DNA of 64,000 nucleotides. Origin: Macrostomum lignano (taxonomy: Eukaryota). The notes below the pieces were generated by a model that searched no databases, was not told where the DNA came from, and worked only from the letters and a program-made list of their open reading frames with translations. Below, piece by piece: positions 36,901 through 48,159 of the stretch (the stretch's first letter is position 1; every line of letters begins with the position of its first letter). The DNA is taken from contig NIVC01000157.1 of NCBI GenBank assembly GCA_002269645.1, positions 62,001-126,000 of the forward strand, written 5' to 3'. Position numbers and translations under genes: made by a program.

Positions 36901-37779
36901 TAATCCAATTATACTAAATCTCTGTCTGTACTGTACTAAACTATACTAACTATACTAAAAGTCTGTCTATGGAATTTCACTTTCTAATTCTAAATTCTAG
37001 TATATTATACTAGTATATTATATATAGTCTAATAGTTTTCCCATATAAGTTTGAACGCTGACTTGCCAGCAGCCTAGGAGTTATCGTACATTGAGAGAGG
37101 GCCACTGTTAATTACATCCACCCCTAAACTGAGCACGCGGGCCAATGAGAATTCTTTCACGGAGAGCCAGACAAGCCAACCCCTCTCCTTAATTAATGAG
37201 CCTCTCGCTTTTTGATTCTCCGACGGCCACCACCCACGGTGTATTTGTCGCTTAACCGTTTTCTCACATTTTATTTTTAAGCATAGGCGTTCATAGATTA
37301 TTTATTTGCTTTGTCGGATAAATATAATGCATAGAGCATAAATATTTCAGCGAAAGCTCAACAGCTATACTTGGTTTTATTAAATTTATTAAGAGGGGTA
37401 TACTGCCCTCTCCTTTAGAGACCCCAAAATTCCATGATGCCCCTTTTGGCACCCACCCCCTGGGGCTTTGGCACTTGGCCGTGAAATACTTTGATTGTGA
37501 TTTTCACTTGCACAAATTGTGGGTGGCATTTTAAACTTTAAAATAGTTCGACTTCCTAGAATCTTACTTTGATAATACGCTTCATAATAAGCAATATTAA
37601 TAAGCAATAAGCTTAGTTATAGGCAATTTATAGTGAGTTTTAAGCTATGTGCATTTAGTTATAACAGACTTAGAAATTTATATATTAGGTGGATATCTAC
37701 AGTTCCTAATAAGCTGTATATATATTTAGTAATAAGCTATATATAGTTATTTTCTGTCATATCTGTTATCTGTCCCAGT

Positions 37780-38060
37780 GGCTGTCTAAGTGTCTGTCCC
37801 AGTGTCTGTCTCCGTGTCTGTCCCAGTGTCTGTAAGAGTGTCTGTAAGAGTGTCTATCCCAGTGTCTGTCTCAGTGTCTGTCCCAGTGTCTGTACCAGTG
37901 ACTGTCTCAGTGTCTGTCTCAGTGTCTGTCCCAGTGTCTGTAAGAGTGTCTATCCCAGTGTCTGTCCCAGTGTCTGTAAGAGTGTCTATCCCAGTGTCTG
38001 TCCCAGTGTCTGAAGGAGTGTCTGTCCCAGTGTCTGTCCCAGTGTCTGTAAGAGTGTCTG
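37780..38060. repeat. 12-bp tandem repeat (CAGTGTCTGTCC / GAGTGTCTGTAA)
   Basis: Direct inspection. Confidence 0.92.
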
Positions 38061-40764
38061 TACTTAAATCACGTCATCTTTCTGGCTAATCAATCAGCAG
38101 CGCTAAGAGGAATTAGTGTATCTCCAGCTGCATCACAGTCTGCGGCAGTCCAACAATTAAGGAAATATGCATTTTTAGGAGGCTATTTAAATTTAAAAAA
38201 ATACCTTATGCGAATCTTAATGTTAAAATCTTCATGGTGTAAATAATTTAGTAGGATTACATAATCATCCACTTTTCTCTCTCCCACCGTTTCTAGTGCT
38301 CCCAAAGCACACAAATTCTTCCTATACACAAGCAATATTGAACACAGACTTCTAAATCCAGGAGGTTCGCCCTGAGTATCTGAGTGACCTGCGAGACAAC
38401 TAGGAAGAGTAGGCTACTAAAAGTTGTATGAGGAGAACATGTGCACTATGGTTTCTAGACATACACTAGCATCATGTTTTAAGTGACGCAATTCATCATT
38501 ATAGTTTCAAGATGGCGCGAAAAATGGTCCTTTTTCACTCAACTCTGGTTTCTTTTCCAGATGGATCTAGCGCATTTGGCGCCTTCGGCGCATTCGGCAC
38601 ATCCGCAGCAGCGGGTTAAGAATTTGAACAGTTTAAACATAAATGTCAGTTATGTGTCAGTTTTGCTTTGTGTCACTAAGGTGGGCTCGGCTATCTGATT
38701 GTGGGGAAAGTTTGGGGATTAAGCAAGCCGCCTGGAAGGTTAGATGATATAGTCCCGACCGATCGAATAACTCTGGCAGCTGAGCCTCGTAGTAGACCTT
38801 CTGCGATAGATCCGCCAGGAATGCCACATAGGCAACATTCGCACGCAGGCCGAGCCAGCTGGGCGGTGCTGTTGTTCCGTCCTCCGGAATCTTTGCCTGG
38901 CGCACGAATCCGTACGTGTCCATCTGAGCGGTCAAAATGGTCTTAATCGTTTTTTAGGCTGCTCTGAAGGCAAGTTTGTGTCTGAAAAACGAGCGGCAGC
39001 TGCTTTTGGCATGTAGAGCTGGGTCTCCACGCCAGAGTTCGCAGTCCGTTGTCGTGTTTGTTCCACTTCTCTGCATTGCCGAAGAGGATTGCCGTATTCT
39101 TGCGTTCGAGGGCCTCCTTCGAGACAATCGCAGCTTCAGGGGAGAACGCCATCTCGGTCAGCCAGGTCGGTTGTTGCTAGGCGGTTGTGGGACTACGAGT
39201 AGTGCCTTATATAGACCTCAGCAAATGACATGATGCAGTAGCCCGGATGAAAAAACAACATTCCGCGCGATTTTACCAAAATGTCTAAGGGAGAACCCGC
39301 GCGTATTTATTTTTTTTAAATTTGCATGCAAGTAGCGGGACGATAGCTTTTTTCATTTAAATGGCGAAAGTCAGTTGGTCTTCTAGATCCTGTAAGTAGC
39401 AATGGTCTGCTAATGGAAGGGAAGAATGAAAAATGCAGTCAAGACTGAAACAGTTGGTGAGGGCCGAAAATGCCACTAGAGAACTGTGTCAGCTGTTGTA
39501 TATACAAAGTTAGTGGGGTTAAGAAGAAGAAGACAGCTGTAGCAAGAAATAAAGAAGATGGGGTGATCGCTTATCTCTTCTCAAACAAAAAACCGCAAGC
39601 CCCGTTCGATATCGGTTGGGTTGCAGGGCGTGATGACCCACTCTGTTGGGCCAACAGCTGTTGTGAAGAATAAAGACGGTAAATATAGCCAATCCTAAAC
39701 AAAGAACTTCACTTTTGATATAAGCTTAGACGATAAGGGCGCTGCATCCAAGAGGATACACTCTAAAACTCGCGATCTCTATCATATTCGACGCTCGTAT
39801 TACTAAAACTAAAATATTAAATTTCGTTGGAATTATGAGCTATGTCGGATCCCTGAAGTGAGCAATTATGGTGCACACTTGATTATGTGTTAATTTAATT
39901 TGATTGAAATAAATACCTAGTGTTTTGACTATCCTCCGCAGATGCCACCCATCCTGAACCGCACAGAGAACACAAACGCTGGGTACCGTGGATGTGGGTG
40001 TCGAGTGCGTGGACGCGAGCGAGGGCCCTGAGGAGCAATGGCGCTGCGGGCGCAGACAGCCAAGTAGAATGCATGAGGGGGCTTCTGGGACAAATTTTTA
40101 ACGTCCTCCATAATCCCATAAAATCTATCCATATTATCCCCAACAGAATCAGAAAAAAGGGGGGTCGCACTTGCTCCGAAAACTTTGAACATAATCCCAT
40201 TAAATCCATCTATATTATCCCCGACAGAATCAGAAAAGAGGGTCGCACTAGCTCACCAAACGTCATCCATAATCCACCTAAATCCATCTTTATTATCCCT
40301 GATCCATCTGTTATCCCTGACAGAATCAGAGCATAACAAGATCCCTAAGACTTTAAATCATCAGCGCAGGGTCCTTACCCTTTGAAAAAATCTAACTTTT
40401 CTCTAAATTGCCTCCAGTTGTCTCTCCAGGTTCTTATTAAAAAGCGCACGAGCCTAATTACAAGAGTAAGTACCATTGCAAACTTGAATGCAGCGAGTAC
40501 ATGAGAAAATATTGGCCCGACCACACAATACATGTCCCTAATATTAATCTAGCTCTCCAAAGACACTGGCTCTTAAGTATGGAGTAACCTACGAAAAAGA
40601 TTACGAAAGCTACTATAACTTTGCAGAAATCATTAGGCAATTGTAATTTTTTCCTCACATTCTCTCGATGATCAACGTCAATACAAACTCTTCACCGTTG
40701 AAATCAACACCCACCCCATCTTCAGTCTCAAACTGTAGCACAATCTCGTGAATCTCCTTATTAC

Positions 40765-41490
40765 TCAACACAACTTTTTTTTCACTGGATTTGGTTTCTC
40801 TACCAGCATCTGTCCTCCAGTTACAGAGTTAGAGATGTTGTACAAAATATTCGTTCGCTTTCCCTTAAATACCCAATCAAGACTAAGATTACTTTTGATG
40901 AGAATATTCAAACCCTTTAGAATGTCTGCAATATTGGGTGCTAAGAACAAACCGCTTACTCTTTCCCGGGCCCTGCTAACGACCCCCGATGATTTCGGCG
41001 CTTAAGTGCCGGTCTGCGCCGTGGATTCTACCTTATAAACTTTCTTCTCGAATCCCAATTCCCTATACCAAGTGTCATCTTTAAACTCAACCTCCGCAGC
41101 TTTGTGAACTTAAATGACCACTCTCATTACAGTGAGATCATAGGCTAGTTGGACAGGGAACAGTTCTGGCTTAATCAGATTAGGTGTCTCAAAACGGCCT
41201 CTTTTAAGTAAAAACTTTTTTCTAGAAATTAATTGTAGGTATCCACACTTTGCGTGCTCACAGGGAATGCCACAGGTTCTGCTGCCGCACCTTTTAATTT
41301 GTAATAAAACTTATTATTTGCTGCTGTAACATTGGGAACGTTTGACCAACCAATGCAGTCGTTAAGCAATTCGCCTGATCTAATTTTTCAACAAATATCC
41401 CGTTTGAGTCATTAATTGGCCCAGTTATTGCAAAAGGAATGCTCTCCTTGGAGTGAGAAATATTATTTAGTCTTTCAGAAGTCGCTTTCA
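40765..41490 (-). pseudogene. Polinton/adintovirus minor capsid (penton)-like remnant
   Basis: Reading through stops gives ...VEFKDDTWYRELGFEKKVY...ADILKGLNILIKSNLSLDWVFKGKRTNILYNISNSVTGGQMLVEKPNP, which fits the LGF...I.S.L....G....ILY......G....E.P pattern of Polinton pentons. Confidence 0.55.
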
Positions 41491-41658
41491 TTTTTTGTAC
41501 TAAAAATATTTAAACTTTACTGGATGAATTGTTGATCGTGTTAAGCTTCACCAAATGCATAGATAATGTACAGGTCCACGGGTGTTGCGACAGTCCTCTC
41601 AATGTTAGTCACGATACTCACAGGGCTGTTATCAGTAGGCATTTGTCTGGCAGACACA

Positions 41659-42030
41659 TCAGCGCCAAACATCGGATATAGAGTTCCATATTGAAGTGTA
41701 GTGACTCCTCTCTTGGTGTTCCTTTGCAGGATTTTTTATAGGCGCATACTGGTTGGATTCTAATTGATTGATGATTTCCAAGTGTTTTTCATAGCTTCCC
41801 AGGTGACCAGGGTCGGTGTTAAACTTTTGTTTGAATGCTTCTTTTAGTAAATTACTTTTGTCTTGAAATGAGACGCCTTTTGAAAAATATTTGTTGACTA
41901 AATCTTTTGCTGAATTGGCTTTTGACATTTTTTCTCTAAAATAATAAAAAAATTGAGGGTGACCACCCTGATAGAAAAGTTGAGCTGTTTCTACATCCTC
42001 GTCACATCCGCATTGTTGTAAACCCAGCAT
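41659..42030 (-). CDS. Hypothetical 123-aa ORF between the penton-like and PLA2X-like remnants
   Basis: Open frame with normal composition; no family recognised. Confidence 0.35.
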   Translation of the reverse strand: MLGLQQCGCDEDVETAQLFYQGGHPQFFYYFREKMSKANSAKDLVNKYFSKGVSFQDKSNLLKEAFKQKFNTDPGHLGSYEKHLEIINQLESNQYAPIKNPAKEHQERSHYTSIWNSISDVWR

Positions 42031-42049
42031 TGCGCAGTGTCATGATGGC

Positions 42050-42484
42050 TTTGTGACAACGCTATGGTGGTAACTTAGATTCACATGGATTAATTGAAAA
42101 GCTTCCTCATCCAAACAGAGGCTGTACAATTCCCGGGTAGAAATATTGCGGGCCTTTGAATCCACTTGAAATTCAGTTAAAAACAATAATCCAAATCCTG
42201 GGCATGAGCCTGTGAACGAGCTCGACTCTGTCTGCATGTGGCACGACGTTAAGTATAGGGATTTTCCAGAGGAGAAGAATCGCTGGGACAAGGAAATGCT
42301 TAGGAGACTAGACAATATGGGGACTTCAAGCGGGTGGAGGGAATCGATCGCTTGGAAGCTAGTTAAAGCTGTTATTTTTGGTAAGACAAAGTTGGGGTTG
42401 GGGCTTGGCGGCTTGGGAGAAGGGGCGAGTTTTGTATTGCATGCGCCAAGTAAAGAACTAGGAAGACTGCTGACTGGGGGTTGA
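42050..42484 (+). pseudogene. Parvovirus-type phospholipase A2-like (PLA2X) gene remnant typical of adintoviruses/Polintons
   Basis: GLIEKLPHP..G..IPG*KYCGPLNPL..QL, then after a frameshift PGHEPVNELDSVCMWHDVKY...DKEML...RE...VKAVIFGKTKLGLG. Confidence 0.78.
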
Positions 42485-44369
42485 GAGAGCAGAATAATTC
42501 TCTCTTCACTTGTGTGGAGAGAAGAGAAGTGAAGGCCAGAAAGCCAGTCTGCGATAAAATTTGGCCTTACTCGAGGCCAAAATCCTTTGCATTCTGGCCT
42601 TTTGGCCTTTGCTTCTCTTCTCTCCACACAAGTGTACAGTCTTGAGCACTGGTTTCGGCTACAATCTCTCTTTCCAACATGCTTCTCCTTCATGCTCCTC
42701 ACCTCCTCACCCTATGCTCTGTGTACAGAGAAGTCTCACCCTTCACTTTCACACGCCTAATGTTCTATCGTACATTGAGCTATATCGATTACTTTTCCCT
42801 GCTTGACTCCAAGATTTTACAGTCCAGAATTTTCTGGAATTTTCTACGGCTAGCTGTATTTAAGCAAACACAGAAACATTCGGGCTTCTTCTCCCCACAT
42901 ATGCAATCAACTGCGACTGAGAAACGACGATTGCACGAACCTAGATCGAAACTAAGGACTGTACAAAATCTGACAGCCGTGCTGCACGCTGAAAGCGATC
43001 TAAGAAATTGTCCGCCAGACTAGAAGATTAGAAGACTAGAAGACTTAGAAAATGGAAGTCGAGTGGAATCTTTATTTGACAGATAAGCAAGGCATTTGTG
43101 CCATGCTACAAAGAATGTTACAGGATATGCCGTCACATCTACAAGCAAGAAAGGAACTAACCACCTTTTTCGGTCTAGTGTAGAGTATTATATCTCCCAG
43201 AAAAGTTATTTAAAATTGTTAACGTACTACTTAAATAGTAATTTGAGGAGCATGTATAAGGATATGCGCTGAACCATACATATATTCGAATTAACCAATA
43301 GAAAGAGAGAAATCTCGAGCATGCTAATTTTAGAAATCACCCAATCACGTGCGACCAACAACTGTCAATTCAAACCCCACCTTCAAGTCATCATTTGGTT
43401 TGCACTCGGGTTGCACCCGGATGAACCAATCAAAGTCTACCAGCTACGGTAACCAATCATGCGCTTGTACAGTAGACTAGTTGCGCAACTTTCTACCGTC
43501 ATGCTTGACAGCCATCGAATCGTGACCCTTTGACATTTGCGAAGACAGTGATGTGCGACCTCGAGAGAGGTCTGAACGCCTATAAATACAAGTGGTCCGG
43601 AACGGACTCAGAGCCAACAATTCCTCCGGAAGTAGAAGAGCTCCGAAGATGAAGCCACTACAGGACTTCCTACAGAAGACTCGTCGAGTTCTTGCCTTAC
43701 TCATTTGCGCCTGTGTTTTGAGACGTCTCGTCGGAGTTTAGTTTGAGTCTGTTGAGACTCCTGAGTCTGTTTAGACTCTACTGGTTGCAGTCTCCAGAAG
43801 GACTGCCCCTGATAGATCTTAGAAGACTATCAGTGGTTTCCGGAGCTATACCTAGAGTGCATAGAGGCACTGCTAGAAGGAGTAGGCTTATATTAAACCG
43901 CAGTTTGGCGCAAGGTACCCATTGTTAAGTTGGAAGCTTCTTATTGGTCCGAACGACAGATACCGACCGGCAAAAGAAGAAAAAGAAACTCGGACCAGGA
44001 CCACAAGTCAAGTCGAATTCAGGCCTGAGCTACAGATCGAGATCTACACGAGATCTACGAAGGACTCAAAGAAGGAGAGATATCTCATAAGAAGTCAAGG
44101 TAATTGAATGCTTGAATGTTTGAATTACTGGGTTGCCTAGCTAAAGAGCTAGAAGTGATTGTTCTTTGATTACCGAAGTCAGGTAACAAGGAACACATCA
44201 CTAGAAACTGGCGATCTACCAATCGAGTTTTTCGCCATGGCCCCAGATAATATCGCCGCAGCGAATGAAGCGCAAATGTGAGTAGCGAAGAGAAGAAGAC
44301 GGCGGATCTGCAGATATTCAGGGAGAAGCTGTACGCATCTTGCGTAACACTAACTGATCAGCTGATCAC

Positions 44370-44720
44370 CAGCTTCCATCTGGCGAGCAGAACATCATCA
44401 CGAAGGTGAAGGCGGCTATAGCAAAATACAAGACTCAAATTGGAGGTCTACATTGGATTCTCGAAGTTGGGCGGCTTCTTACAACTTATCGCACCGAAGA
44501 GAAAAAGAACTTTGGACAAGATGTTAAAGTACGGTTCGCCCAGTTGTGCAAAAATGTAAACATCCAGCGATCAACTGGCTATTTTTACATTCGTCTGTAC
44601 AAACTGTCTGTTACCTACCCAGGCTTGAGACAGGTTTCGATGCCAATTAGGGAATTAAACTCTAAGATGAAGTTTCTAGAAGAAATTTTAGCCCGTGATC
44701 CTGCGTGGAAAACTGTGTAA
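44370..44720 (+). CDS. Small helical protein, weakly DUF3102-like
   Basis: LEVGRLL...F...RF......IQRSTGYFYIRLYKL...YP.L pattern; the start of the gene is unclear. Confidence 0.35.
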   Translation, partial: QLPSGEQNIITKVKAAIAKYKTQIGGLHWILEVGRLLTTYRTEEKKNFGQDVKVRFAQLCKNVNIQRSTGYFYIRLYKLSVTYPGLRQVSMPIRELNSKMKFLEEILARDPAWKTV

Positions 44721-45360
44721 TTTTAGAATTTAGTTCATGTAGAATTTTTCTAACGCGTTAGAATTTTAAACAAGATTCAACTACTAACTGGAGGCAACCG
44801 ATTGGTTAAGTAGAGGAGGGTAGCAATTTTCTCAGTGCTGCGTGCAACTCAATCGGTGGGTTTTGAATTTTAACGCTGTTAGAAATTTCTATGTGAAAAG
44901 TTTCCCGCAAGATAAGCTTGGGCACACCAAATTTTCGCATAGAAATTTCTAACAGCGTCAGAAAATCTAGCTGCTGGCTCAAAGGAACGCTAGGCTGGCT
45001 CTGTATGTTGTTAAAAAATTCGAACGCGTTAGACAATTCTGAGATTTTTTTCTGTTTTCTGATGTCTGTTTTTTTCTATCATTTTTTATAATCTTGTAAT
45101 AGTTAATAAATATCCTATCAGCTGTGCAACCATTAATAAATATATAGTTCTTAAAAATGAATAATAAGATTAATAGGCAAGCTGTAAGAAAAGTATCCTC
45201 TTCCTTCTCTTCAAATTCACTGTAATTTTTGCAATTTGTAGAATGAGCTCTCAAAAATTCTTTCTCAACTCAAAAATGTCTTTCTGTTTTACTTCCTTAA
45301 TCTGTTTTGATTTTCTAAAAAACGTCTTTACTAAAAGTCAACTCTGTTGCTGCAGGACAT

Positions 45361-45700
45361 ATGTTGGTAGAGAATCCAGTGAAAAAAGTTGTGTTGAGTA
45401 CCAATTCCATCACATGCAACAAATGCGCCGGTGATCATCAATCTACTGAATGTCCCAAGACTGATACCCTAAAGTGCGCAAACTGCAATGGCGCACACCT
45501 GGCTTACTCGCATAAGTGCCCAGTTGCAAAAAAGGCGCACCAACAAGCAAACGCGCGTGAAATTGAACGAGTATCCAACTTAATGCAAGCCAACAACAAG
45601 CAGTATGAAGAAGACTGCTACCGACGACATCTGCCCGAGACTTATCCTGGACTACAACAGTACGCCACTGTAGCTAGGCCACAGTTCGACTCTGCACCAA
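45361..45700 (+). mobile_element. Non-LTR retrotransposon ORF1 (gag-like) zinc-knuckle fragment
   Basis: CNKCAGDHQSTEC...CANCNGAHLAYSHKCP, the CCHC knuckles typical of Jockey/I-group ORF1. Confidence 0.75.
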
Positions 45701-45739
45701 GTCTCCGCCCTATGACTGCTGCAATGCCAACCTGCGGCA

Positions 45740-46430
45740 GTCCAGACGATGGCCTCTGCGTCCCCGAACACATAGTTCCCCTAGGCACTGAAAACAACGG
45801 AACTGATAATTGGGAGGTTGATCAATATTTAGCTTGGGCTATGGCCGATGATAGCGACCCCGAGTCTAAAGTTTTCGACTTCCCGCTGCTGGCTATTGGA
45901 GGGGTTGTGAACGGTGCCCCTGCTGCTGCCTCCGATTTGACTGCTGCCTCTGCCGCCCTCTTTGAGGTCTCTGTTGAGGAGCTGACCACAGCCGGCCCCG
46001 TCTCGAGCAATGCCTCTGCTGACGCCTCTGCATCGGCTGATGTCCTGTCTGCTGCCGCCTCTGCATCGACTACCTCCAACCGGGGCTCTATATCATCTGC
46101 CGCTACGCTCCTCCTACTTGGTGATGAGGACGAGGACGTGCCTGGGGAGTTTGCCATGGCTCGCGAGCGCTTTCCACGCATCCTTGCCTCATTTTTCTGC
46201 GGGGATATCGACTGGCTGAGGTCTCGGCATCCTGGCGGCCTGCTTTCCCAAGACACCTTTATCAGAGCCTTTGATAGGGTTCTCTATACTTTGGTTTCGA
46301 GGGGGGCCGGCCTACGGGAGGTGCTGGAGGCTGAGACTCTGCACCAGGACTGGTTGATGGGGCGCAATTCGAATGCCTCTGACTCAGAGGCGTACGTGGC
46401 CGGTCCTGGAGCGCGCCCGACTGCGTGGGT
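45740..46430 (+). pseudogene. Gene Y' (family 2) exon-1 fragment, fused in frame to the zinc-knuckle ORF
   Basis: PEHIVPLGTEN...ARERFPRILASFF..DIDWLRSRHP...AETLHQDWLMGRNS matches 54030-54980. Confidence 0.8.
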
Positions 46431-46699
46431 CGCAATTCATCATTATATTTTAAAGATGGCCCGAAGAAATGGTCCTTTTCCACTCACACGTCTGATTTCT
46501 TTTCCAGATGGACATTGTTATTAATGAAGGAGGGGGGCCGCATCCGCCCCGCCGCCGCCGCCGCCGCCGCCACCGCCGCCGCCGCCTCGCCGGCTGAGGC
46601 GGCTGCGGAGCGGCCGGCTGCGGCTACTTTGAGCTCAACTCAACTTTGTACTGTGTACTGTGTACTGTACTGTTTGGGCTGGGCTACAAATCTGATTGT

Positions 46700-47100
46700 A
46701 GGGAAAGTTTGTATATATAGATAGATATAGATGAATAAAAATTTTACTGTTTAAGACAATTGAAATTAATTGTCTCAAGACAGACAGACAGACAGACAAA
46801 CTTTCCCTACAATCAGATATGAACCCTCGGGTCGGAATTAATAATTGAAATAATTTAAATAATAATTTAATAATTTAATTTAAAAAATTTAATTTAATTT
46901 AATTTTTTATTGTAATTAATTATTTAATTTAATAATTTAATTTAAATAATTTAATAATTTAAATAATTTAAATAATAAATAAATAATAAATTAATAAATT
47001 AGTAATAATGTAATAATGTAATGTAATAATGTTTAATAATGTAATAATGTAATACTGTATGAATGTAATAATGTATTAATGTAATAATTTAATAATGTAA
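46700..47100. repeat. AT-rich low-complexity tract (AATT/TAATG)
   Basis: Direct inspection. Confidence 0.85.
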
Positions 47101-48110
47101 TAATAACCAGCTTTGTCTGCTAGCTCAATAACACCAAAGGGCAAGGCCAACTCAAGTTCCACCCCCCAAGGAACACCAGTTACACCACAGCAGCAGCAAC
47201 AGCCTATATCTGCATCATTTATGCCCCAATCAAAATGCCCAGCAGATGACCCAAAGGCTAAAGAGTTAACAAGGGATCTTGGTAAGTCTACTACTAGTCT
47301 GACCAGTAATTCTTTTTTCTAAAGACAGTCTAAAAGTACACTTCAAATAGGCTTGTAAAATACCCCCTTTTCCCACCCACCCTCTTCTTATGGCAGAGCT
47401 TATTGCGTTCGACAGGGAGCCATTTAGTCAGGTTGAGCGACTTGGATTCTCGAGGTTCTTGGCGAAGCGTTTCCCACGCTACTCCATTCTATCCGCCGAC
47501 AAAATGGCGAAGGTTGCTGTGCCACAGCTATACGATTCTGTTCGCCAATCAGTCGAGAGTGTGCTAAAAGATAGTACATCTTTCGCCCTTAGCACAGATG
47601 GCTGGACATCAGCTTGTGGTTCATTTGAAGTCATAGGGCTTGTTATGCACTTTATTGCTCCAAGTGGAAAGCTGGAGCAGGTAACGCTCTGCTGCTCCCA
47701 AGTTCCTGGTTCACCAACAGGCGAATGTATTGCAGAGGTTGTGAGAAATGTGAGTAAATTTGGAAAACAAAAAGGAAAAAGTAAAAAAAAACTGATATTG
47801 ATAAATATCAATGATGAATAATTTTGAGCTAGCCACAGAAATATGTTGTTAAAAGATGAGAGTAGCATAAGGAGAGTAGAATAGTGCAAAAGCATCAATG
47901 CTTTTTTCTAAAGCTGGCCCTTTAGTTAAAGAATTTAGTATATTTGGATTACGTGTACATTTGGAGTTTATTGTAAAAAACTCCAAAAACTCCAAACTTT
48001 TATAGGTGTTATCTGACTGGCATCTAATGGATGCAATTGTTTCCGTTATCACTGATGATGGACCAAACGTGAAGAAAGCAATCCGACTGGGCCTTGCTAG
48101 GCACTCGTGC
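47100..48110 (+). pseudogene. hAT (Ac/ZBED-like) transposase fragment with introns
   Basis: LIAFDREPFSQVE..GF..F...FPRY, FALSTDGWTS and ITDDGPNVKKA...HSC. GT donors at about 47282 and 47749; truncated before the pol copy G. Confidence 0.85.
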
Positions 48111-48159
48111 GTCCTATATCGACTGCCGATTTGCGTTCATACAGTTTTGCCTCAGAAGG

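Noticed and set aside
43100-44230. LTR with primer binding site
   Set aside because: No TG...CA boundaries, TSD or second copy were found, and no gag-pol follows.
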